From Alkalispirochaeta sp. (lineage in GTDB: Bacteria > Spirochaetota > Spirochaetia > DSM-27196 > Alkalispirochaetaceae): a stretch of 64,000 nt of DNA. The notes under the pieces are model-generated. The model ran no database searches. It saw only the letters and a program-made list of their open reading frames with translations, and had not been told where the DNA came from. How positions within the stretch are numbered: position 1 is the stretch's first letter; the number at the start of each line of letters is the position of its first letter. Made by a program: the position numbers and the translations under genes. Where the stretch lies: positions 1 to 64,000 of the forward strand of contig CBDESZ010000012.1 in NCBI GenBank assembly GCA_965242725.1, in the 5' to 3' direction. Of the stretch, positions 38,874 to 47,147 are shown piece after piece.

Positions 38874-38936
38874 TGGTAATGAAGGAGATACTATTTTACT
38901 TCCGGCAGTTCTCTGTTGAAACTCAGGGGAATTTCA
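38874..38936. repeat. Left copy of an imperfect direct repeat bounding the Rhs island
   Basis: tggtaatgaaggagatactattttacttcc...ttgaaactcaggggaatttca matches 58965-59047. Confidence 0.8.
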
Positions 38937-39157
38937 GATTACGACGATTGCGTCGGGTCAAATACGCATCCAGATCTGTGCGAACACGTATTCTCCCGGT
39001 CTCGGCATTGTCTTTCCGGAACAAATCTCCGTCAAACGTTCTTGAGCAATTTGGACCCATATACTCGAGCTGCATCATTCCGACCCGTCCAATCCAGATA
39101 CGAAAGGATCCACCCAACTCATAGCGCCGGCGACCTGATCGAGGACGCAGATTTTTC

Positions 39158-40062
39158 CTACTGCCACCCTGATTTTGGGTCCCATACGTGAGGATGATCC
39201 GGATCGGGCACCCATAGGGCGTTGGAGAACTCCGATATCCGTTCTATCACCTCTGAGAGTTCAAGTCTTGAGTGTTCGTTCCGCAGTTTGCGCACGAAAG
39301 CTTTCCATTGCGTTTGCTTGACGTAGTCTTGGGAAACCTGTTCGGTAAATACGACGGGTGTCTCGGTTGGCAGAGCGGTCTTGCGGCGCGCGAAAGTCTG
39401 ACGGACGGCTTCCGAGACGTCCTCGAATCCAAGAGTGAAGGACCGGCTGATCATGTATAAATCGTAGAAGTCCTTCATTCTGCTGGTGAGCAGACTAAGT
39501 GCGATGATCGCCTCGAGCTTCTCGGCGATCACGGTTTCGATCGGGTAGGACTCGATATTCGGCCCGTCCAACTCAAGCAGGGATGGTATCGTTGTGCTGA
39601 TCGGGCGTGGATAAATGGAGTCCCCGATCCCATGTCAATCTGCAATACCACCCGAGCTTTGCCGATGTGCGCCCGGATCTTCGCTCTCTGTCCCTGGTAG
39701 GCGTTGTGTTCGCGAATGTCCTGGATTGAGATGGAGTCCAGATCGAATTCAACGGCGTCCGTGGGATAGGAGATGGAACATATATTTCTGAGATTCCTGG
39801 ATGAATTGAGCGTCGGCGTCGCCGGTCTTCAGAAATCGATATCCTTGGTCGTCCGATACGTCTGATCTTCAAGTGTAATGGAGAGGAGGTACGCTCCTTT
39901 CAAGAGGTAGGTGTCTCGGTACGACGACCTTCCGAGTCTGAATAGGAATCGTTCGCCGACATAGCGAATGAGCAGAGACTGATAGTCTTCCCTGTTGGCT
40001 CGACTGTGATTGAGCAATCGAGCCAGGACCGACGCCGAGTGATTCGTTTCAAAGGCGTTCAT
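39158..40062 (-). CDS. AbiEii/AbiGii nucleotidyltransferase toxin (type IV TA) with ~3 frameshifts
   Basis: ERFLFRL, LLKGA and RTTKDIDF, then ETVIAEKLEA and SRMKDFYD; split across frames. Confidence 0.85.
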
Positions 40063-40658
40063 ACAATGCTTTCCATGTAGGGCCTCATGATTTCGCGAAC
40101 CCTGCACACCTCGGCAAAGTGGATAAGATCGTCGATCGAGGAACGTTTGGCCCGGATGACATCTTTCAGGGCTTCGATTGCGACATCCAGACCGATTTTA
40201 TTGCGGTACTTGAAGCAATCGGCGACGGTCTTCGGGATAGAGTAAACGGCTACTTCTACACCGTCTATGGTGCGACGCTCTATGCCGTCGCTATAGGCAT
40301 CGCCTGAGAATCTCACAATTTGAATGGGATATTCCTGTACCCTGGGCATACGAGCTCTTCGTGGGATCGCGAGCCAGACCTCAGAGGGATTCTGCATTCC
40401 GATCTCATGGAATGAAAGGGCTGATAGGAGGCAGACGATACCGTGGTCAACGAGCTTGCTTGCTTCTATCAGCGAGTGGTATGCACCCGGGGTGTAGTCG
40501 ACCAACGTATAGAGTCCCCGGGCGGTACGCAGTATCTCACCGCCCCGCACCATACGGGTGAGTGTCTTGGAGTCTATCCCTTCCGCTGTGATTTCTCTGG
40601 AACTCATCATCGGAGAGTGCTGCAGCAGTTCCCGAACTCTTGACCGTTCCGCCTTCAT
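40059..40658 (-). CDS. AbiEi-family type IV TA antitoxin/regulator
   Basis: RTARGLY, CLLSALSFH and KTVADCFKYRNKIGLDVAIEAL; ATGA overlap with the toxin; exact start uncertain. Confidence 0.88.
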   Translation of the reverse strand: MKAERSRVRELLQHSPMMSSREITAEGIDSKTLTRMVRGGEILRTARGLYTLVDYTPGAYHSLIEASKLVDHGIVCLLSALSFHEIGMQNPSEVWLAIPRRARMPRVQEYPIQIVRFSGDAYSDGIERRTIDGVEVAVYSIPKTVADCFKYRNKIGLDVAIEALKDVIRAKRSSIDDLIHFAEVCRVREIMRPYMESIV

Positions 40659-40733
40659 GCCGTAAATTGTGCTCATATATCGACAAATGTCAACGTTTAG
40701 CGGCATATGTGAATCACGAACAACATCGGGCAG

Positions 40734-41288
40734 CTACGAATACGTGTACGTATTCTGATTCGAATTTCCATAGGAAAACGGGATATTGACGGTAAAATCA
40801 TCGCCGTCACCGGGCTGGTCGTAATAGACCAGGTGACCTGCCGCGTCCCAGCGGTAGAGATGGCTCTTCCCGGCGCTGTCGGTGACGACCACCTCTCTGC
40901 TGTCAGGAGACCAGTCGTAGGTGGTGCTCCGTTCACCCGTCGGCTTCACCGCTATCAGCCGCCCGGCGGCGGCATAGGTCATTTCCGTCCCGCCCGTGGC
41001 GGGGCTGTCGATGACCGACAGATTGCCCCACTGGTCGTAGCCCAGGCTGGTCGTTTCTCCCGCTCCATTGGCGACGTGACGGGGGAGGCCCAACGGACCG
41101 TATCCGGCATAGTACCGGGTGCGTTCATCCGGGTCGGCGGCGGCGGTGAGATTCCCGCGCTCGTCATAGGTGTAGACCCACGCACCGGAAATCCCGTCGA
41201 TCTGGACGCGCCGCAGCTGGTTGTACGCCTCACCCCACTCATAGCGCCGGGTCACCTGGTCGGGGCCGGTGGAGCGGTCCTGGATCAT
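40734..41288 (-). pseudogene. Truncated Rhs core remnant with no C-terminal toxin
   Basis: Near-identical to the main Rhs core (STGPDQV..YYDQPG), then an unrelated tail. Confidence 0.85.
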
Positions 41289-41348
41289 GAATATCGAACT
41301 TGCGTTCTGTCACGATTTTTCACCGTGCCGAGAGAACTACCCGGATCG
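41281..41348. repeat. Orphan-cassette leader repeat, copy A
   Basis: tggatcatgaatatcgaacttgcgttctgtcacgatttttcaccgtgccgagagaactacccggatcg. Confidence 0.85.
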
Positions 41349-41572
41349 ACCGGTGTTTCTTTGTAGGTTCAAACAGACCCACAGTGCCGGTTTCGCGAAC
41401 CGGTTCCAATCGCGCATGTTTCTCTCTCATCAACCGCGAATAAGGAACAAAGGTAACCCCGTCAGGTGTTTAATTTGGCGCCGGGTGGTATTTTCTGCGC
41501 CCGGCACAATCTTTATCTCAACGCGGATTTGGGAACAGAACGAAATCAACGAATAAATTCGTTGATACCCCA

Positions 41573-42048
41573 CTACGTTCCCATGAAAATTCGGATAGTG
41601 TCTATTTTGTTGTCGGAATCAAATGTGAGCTTCAACTCCAAAACATCGAAATCTTCGTTGAAATAGTAGAATGCCCCTTTAAACACCGTATCGGGTTGTC
41701 CGAGTAGTCGGAGAACATCGCCTCGGGGACTACCAATTGTAAGTCCATTGATTACGGAATATCGATCTGACAAAAGAGAAATCCCGTATATCCTGTTCTT
41801 ACCGTCCTCGGATTCGGTATTTGATGTAGAAATTGCTACGTTGTCATATCGATACACTCGAAGTGTAATACTACCGTAATCCCGAATTTCGTAATCCGTC
41901 ATTCCTAGAACGTCTATTGCTCTTGAGAACTCATCTCCTAACACAATTTTGAGTTATCTATACAAATGTAGAAATCATCTATTTCAAAATCCGCGTACAG
42001 AAATGTGCTGCCCAGCAAAAGGAGTGTGCCAAAAATAAATCTTTTCAT
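41573..42048 (-). CDS. Putative exported immunity protein to the M23 toxin, frameshift at ~41948
   Basis: Signal peptide MKRFIFGTLLLLGSTFLYA; adding one A joins it to ORF 41573..41944; AT-rich; directly follows the CT. Confidence 0.7.
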
Positions 42049-42059
42049 TGCGATACCTC

Positions 42060-43662
42060 TCATTCTTGTTTTGGAAGCAGTGTCTCAGGGTCTATTGGAC
42101 GACCATCCTTTCGAATTTCGAAATGTAGATGGGGATCGGTATCTTTCCTCGTTCCCGTTGTTCCAAGAAAATCCCCCTGCCGGACTTGATCGCCGGCTTC
42201 TACGGCATGAGTGTCCATGTGTACATATCGTTGCTCATATCCATCGTCATCCTGGATTATCAAATAGGAGCTACGACTCGCTGATCTCGAGTACTCCAAG
42301 TCTGCAACAGTAACCCTTCCTCCACCGGACGCATAAACTGGAGTTCCCATTGTTGCTCTCAAATCAATTCCATCATGCCGTGCCGGTATAGCATCGTCTC
42401 TCATTCCGAAGGGCGATGTAACATGGTTTTCTTTCAACGGCCATTCGAATCTTGGTTCGTTAACCTCCCCATTCCCCGGCACCGCCAGGGCTTCGGGCTC
42501 TCTTCCAACCCCCACAAATCCACAAAGTTCACCGGATCTCCGCCCACGTAGGCGTACCAGTTCCAGCCGTCCTGTATGGGATCTCTGCTCAGGAACTTGC
42601 CGTCTCCGCATCGTACCACCGGGCACCGAAGTAGGTAAGACCCGTCGCCTGGTCGTAAAGGTGGCCGGTGAACCCCACGCTGTTGTAGGGCTCAAAGATG
42701 CCGGCCATGGCCCTCCCGTAGGCGTCCCAGGCGTAGCGGGCGACCGGTTCGCCGTGGCGGTCGGTGATCGCCACGGGACTGCCCAGCCGGTCGGTGTGGT
42801 AGTACATCACCCCGCCTTTGGTATGCAGAAAGCCCTCCGGGCCCGGCTCTCGTCTGCCGTGAAAGCCGTACATCTTCACCGCCACGAGACGCCCCGCGAC
42901 GTGGAAGTACTCCTTGTATGGATTCGCCTCCTCGCCCTCGCTCACATCGTACTCCGCAAGGAGGGTCCGCTCGTGCCAGAGGTAGGCGCTGCGATCGGTA
43001 CTGCGTGGCGTCATTCGTTCATCGGTGGTTTCAATGCGTGATACCATTCGTCCAAAGGCGTCATAGCCGTAGCGTACGGTAACGCCTTCGGCCGTGCGCG
43101 CTTCAATGAGTTCGCCCCGGCTGTTCCAGCTCAAGGTTGTCGTGCCGTCGGGGGTTCGTTTCTCCCGGACCTCCCCGGCGCGGGTGTACTTGTAGTCGAT
43201 AGACCCCGCTTCCACCAGGCGGTTAAGACCTTCGTAGGTGAATTGGTCCCAGGAGCCGTCGCGGGTGCGGCGCTCGATGTTGGCCGCATCGTCGTAGTCC
43301 CAGGTCTCACGTTCCACGAGGGGTGGGAAGGTTACCTCGCTGTCCCACGCTTCACCGCCGGGATCCCCGAGGCCGGGCGGTCCCTGATCATCCGCTCTCC
43401 CCTGCCCGGGATGGGTCGCCTCAGGAACACCGGTGTAAATGGCACCGTACCCAACCGCGTGACCCGGCGGAAACTGTCCGTTCTGCCAGGAGCGGATGTT
43501 TGCTGTGAGCTCACTTGGGTATGAGATGTCGTCAAGCCGTCCCGCCTCGTCGTAATCATAACTCCAGCGATACTGGGCTTCCCGCATTTCCTTGAGTCGC
43601 TGGTCGGGGTAGTAGGCAAAGCTGCGCTCCAGAAGGGTGCCGGTTGGGCCGTTCCAGCTATA
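42060..43662 (-). CDS. Orphan Rhs cassette 4 with an M23 peptidase C-terminal domain (two 1-nt deletions at ~42600 and ~42504)
   Basis: Rhs core end (YFGARWYD, DPVNFVDLWGL), then M23 HDGID...YVHM...PHLHFEIR. Confidence 0.88.
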
Positions 43663-43684
43663 GCCTTAACCGGGCGAGATAATT

Positions 43685-44011
43685 TCAATCGTTGGGCGGA
43701 TTCCTGATCGCTTTCTTAACAACCATGCCTATACTCGCAACGGTTACGCCGGTTGCAATTATTACTGATACAACCATCATGAAAACATCCGTTGATATAT
43801 GTTGGACTCTTTCGACGTATATGCTCCAGACGGTCACTATCGCGAACATTAACAGTAGGGAGTATCCAATCAGATTTTTCATTTTACTAATCAATTTTCT
43901 CTGAATCTGTGAATCGGTTGCTTCGAGGCGACGCCTAACAAACGGCAAACTGAAACGACCAAGAATACCGATAAAGAGTACGTATCCGATAAGAAAATAC
44001 TCCACTTTCAC
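43685..44011 (-). CDS. Putative 3-TM immunity protein
   Basis: 108 aa, three hydrophobic segments, AT-rich, 30 bp after the CT stop. Confidence 0.75.
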   Translation of the reverse strand: MKVEYFLIGYVLFIGILGRFSLPFVRRRLEATDSQIQRKLISKMKNLIGYSLLLMFAIVTVWSIYVERVQHISTDVFMMVVSVIIATGVTVASIGMVVKKAIRNPPND

Positions 44012-44041
44012 ATCAATTCTCCCTTCGTGAAAAAGAACAGA

Positions 44042-46405
44042 CTATTCATTCATCCGCCGAATTGTCCGGTCAGCAAATTTGCGAATTGTCTCAACGGTGA
44101 TATCGATCCGATTGATCGTTTTATCAATATTTCCATGTCTCGCGAGGTCTGATCCGACGCTGAATGTCACCAGACCACCAATCGCGATTGGAACATTTCC
44201 CGAAATCACACCCGCTGTCGTCAAAGTCGCTCCCAAAGTCATGGCGTTCGCGCCGGCGACGCGCTCCCACCCAGTCGGCGTGTCTGGTGGCGGCGAATAT
44301 GCCGCGTGTTGCTCCATCTCCCGAGCATCCTGGTATGGATTCCTTACAGTTCCACTCGTCGGCATCGCCGCAGAATTGCTCGGTGGTGTTGCGTATACTC
44401 CTCTGGCAACCTGTATACGTCCCGGCCCTGGTTCATAGGCGATGGTATTCCCCGGCACCGCCAGGGCCTCGGGCTCTCTTTCCAACCCCCACAAATCCAC
44501 GAAGTTCGCCGGATCACCGCCCACGTAGGCGTACCAATTCCAGCCGTCCTGTATGGGGTCTCTGCTCAGGAACTTGCCCGTCTCCGCATCGTACCACCGG
44601 GCACCGAAGTAGGTAAGACCGGTCGCCTGGTCGTAGAGGTGACCGGTGAAGCCTACGCTGTTGTAGGGCTCAAAGATGCCGGCCATGGCCCTCCCGTAGG
44701 CGTCCCAGGCGTAGCGGGCGACCGGTTCGCCGTGGCGGTCGGTGATCGCCACGGGACTGCCCAGCCGGTCGGTGTGGTAGTACATCACCCCGCCTTTGGT
44801 ATGCAGAAAGCCCTCCGGGCCCGGCTCTCGTCTGCCGTGAAAGCCGTACATCTTCACTGCAATGAGGCGCCCGGCAACGTGGAAGTATTCCTTGTACGGA
44901 TTCGCCTCCCCGCCCTCGCTCACATCGTATTCCGATAGGAGGGTCCGCTCGTGCCAGAGGTAGGCGCTGCGATCGGTGCTGCGTGGGGTCATTCGTTCTT
45001 CGGTGGTTTCAACGCGTGATACCATTCGTCCAAAGGCGTCATAACCGTAGCGTACGGTAACGCCTTCGGCCGTGCGCGCTTCGATCAGCTCTCCCCGGCT
45101 GTTCCAGCTCAAGGTTGTCGTGCCGTCGGGGGTTCGTTTCTCCCGGACCTCCCCGGCGCGGGTGTACTTGTAGTCGATGGACCCCGCTTCCACCAGGCGG
45201 TTGAGGACTTCGTAGTCAAACTGATCCCACGAACCGTCGCGGGTGCGGCGCTCGATGTTGGCCGCATCGTCGTACTTCCAGGTCTCACGTTCCACGAGGG
45301 GCGGAAAGGTAATTTCGTTGTCCCACGCCTCGCCGCCACCGGTGTTGCCACGGCCGGGTGGTCCCTGGCCATTCGGCCCACCCTGCCCGGGATGGGTCGT
45401 CTCAGGAACGCCGGTGTAAATGGCACCATACCCAACCGCGTGACCCGGCGGAAACTGTCCGTTCTGCCAGGAGCGGATGTTTGCTGTGAGCTCACTTGGG
45501 TATGAGATGTCGTCAAGCCGTCCCGCCTCGTCGTAATCATAACTCCAGCGGTACTGGGCTTCCCGCATCTCCTTGAGTCGCTGGTCCGGGTAGTAGGCAA
45601 AGCTGCGCTCCAGAAGGGTTCCGGTTGGGCCGTTCCAGCTATAGGTTTTCAGGAGATTGTCGGGATCGTAAGTGAGGTGGGCGGCCGTGCCGTTTGCGTA
45701 GTCCAGCCGCGTCATGCGTCCGCGATCGTCCCAATCCAGGACGGCGCCGATGCCGTGGGGTGCGCTGAATCGTTCGGTCCAGCCCGCCGGGTTGCGCTCG
45801 TAGGTGACCACCTCTCCCTCGGGAGTTGTCATGGTCGCAAGGTTTCCGAGCTCGTCGTAACCGTAGAGGATCCGTTTCCCGATATCCTCATAGGTTACCG
45901 CCGAGAGACGTCCCGCTTCGTTGTACGCAAAGCGCTCCCGCATGTCAGGATCGTCCGCTACCATCAGGCGCCCCGCCGCGTCGTAATCAAAGCTCACCGT
46001 CTCGTCGGGATAGACCACCGATTCTAAGAGTCCCCGGCTGTTCCGGCGGTAGACCACCGTGCCCGCCACGGAATCACGCTTCTCTTTCACCCGGCCGGCC
46101 TCGTCATAGACATACTCCACCCGTCGCTCCGCGTCGACCATGCTCTCCAGGAGGCCCGAGCCGTTGTAGTTCCACTGGAAGACGCGGTTCTCCGGGCCGG
46201 TCATGCGGCGCACATATCCCCGGGGGTCGTACTCCAGATACTCCGAGACGATACCCCCCGGCTCCTCTACCCGATCCAATCTGCCGGCGCTGTCGTAGTG
46301 GTAGTTCGTGGTGCCCTCGGGACCCGCGATGCGTTCAATCCTCCCCGCCGGATCATAGACGTACTCCCGGCTCCCTTTCTGTCGTGGATTAGTAAAATGG
46401 ATCAT
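44042..46405 (-). CDS. Orphan Rhs cassette 3 with a hydrophobic-hairpin C-terminal domain
   Basis: YD repeats, DPANFVDLWGL, and CT containing AMTLGATLTTAGVISGNVPIAIGGLVTFSVG. Confidence 0.9.
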   Translation of the reverse strand: MIHFTNPRQKGSREYVYDPAGRIERIAGPEGTTNYHYDSAGRLDRVEEPGGIVSEYLEYDPRGYVRRMTGPENRVFQWNYNGSGLLESMVDAERRVEYVYDEAGRVKEKRDSVAGTVVYRRNSRGLLESVVYPDETVSFDYDAAGRLMVADDPDMRERFAYNEAGRLSAVTYEDIGKRILYGYDELGNLATMTTPEGEVVTYERNPAGWTERFSAPHGIGAVLDWDDRGRMTRLDYANGTAAHLTYDPDNLLKTYSWNGPTGTLLERSFAYYPDQRLKEMREAQYRWSYDYDEAGRLDDISYPSELTANIRSWQNGQFPPGHAVGYGAIYTGVPETTHPGQGGPNGQGPPGRGNTGGGEAWDNEITFPPLVERETWKYDDAANIERRTRDGSWDQFDYEVLNRLVEAGSIDYKYTRAGEVREKRTPDGTTTLSWNSRGELIEARTAEGVTVRYGYDAFGRMVSRVETTEERMTPRSTDRSAYLWHERTLLSEYDVSEGGEANPYKEYFHVAGRLIAVKMYGFHGRREPGPEGFLHTKGGVMYYHTDRLGSPVAITDRHGEPVARYAWDAYGRAMAGIFEPYNSVGFTGHLYDQATGLTYFGARWYDAETGKFLSRDPIQDGWNWYAYVGGDPANFVDLWGLEREPEALAVPGNTIAYEPGPGRIQVARGVYATPPSNSAAMPTSGTVRNPYQDAREMEQHAAYSPPPDTPTGWERVAGANAMTLGATLTTAGVISGNVPIAIGGLVTFSVGSDLARHGNIDKTINRIDITVETIRKFADRTIRRMNE

Positions 46406-46464
46406 GAATATTGAACTTGCGTTCTGCGAAGTTCATCACCATGCCGCATGCGTTACCCGGATCG
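46398..46464. repeat. Orphan-cassette leader repeat, copy B (diverged)
   Basis: tggatcatgaatattgaacttgcgttctgcgaagttcatcaccatgccgcatgcgttacccggatcg. Confidence 0.8.
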
Positions 46465-46613
46465 ATGGAAGTGTTCATCAAGCGATCTCTTCGGGCGGAG
46501 GAAAGTGAAGCGGTCGGCGCACATTTTCATAGGTCCATGCAGCGAAAGTCAGCCTATTATTTATCTATGACGATGAAGGCAAGCCGGTTGATAGGCAACA
46601 CCAAGACTCCCTC

Positions 46614-47003
46614 TCACAATACTGGAAGCATAAACACAGCCGCTGTGACCAGTACTCCGGAAAGGGCGCCTATCAGCCTTCCGGGACGTTGCAGTCCGTC
46701 AGCATTACTCTCCTTCTCTGCAGAACTTGGCTGACTAAAAACAACTGCATGCCCGACCAACGCAAAGAGAAGCCACAAACGTGCGCTTTCCCCTTGCTGG
46801 TCTCCGAGAACTGCACTTCCGGATAAATAGCCGATTGTGCTCATTCCAAAATAGTTTATCAGTTGAAGCACAAACTGGCCTGCACGCCCTTGTCTCCAAA
46901 ACGAGACCTTGGTCTGGACAAAAAGAGTGACAGTCGTGACAAACGGAATCGCCACTAATTCTGCCACGAATGCTACAAGTATTCCAACGATAATAATTAG
47001 CAC
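46614..47003 (-). CDS. Putative 4-TM immunity protein
   Basis: 129 aa, hydrophobic, GGAGGT RBS, follows the CT of cassette 2. Confidence 0.7.
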   Translation of the reverse strand: MLIIIVGILVAFVAELVAIPFVTTVTLFVQTKVSFWRQGRAGQFVLQLINYFGMSTIGYLSGSAVLGDQQGESARLWLLFALVGHAVVFSQPSSAEKESNADGLQRPGRLIGALSGVLVTAAVFMLPVL

Positions 47004-47147
47004 TCACACCTCCTGAATTTCCCTCTAACTCACTGCCGACCCACTACCTTCATCCAGCCAAATCCACTGATCGCGTTCTTCTTCTTCAGAATTCCTTAAC
47101 CACGAGAACCTACCAAGGAAATTGAACATGCGCACCCGTTTGCATCA

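Noticed and set aside
47004..47147. 34-codon ORF (MFNFLGRFSW...) between the cassette 2 CT and its immunity gene
   Set aside because: No clear RBS or motif; cannot be supported.
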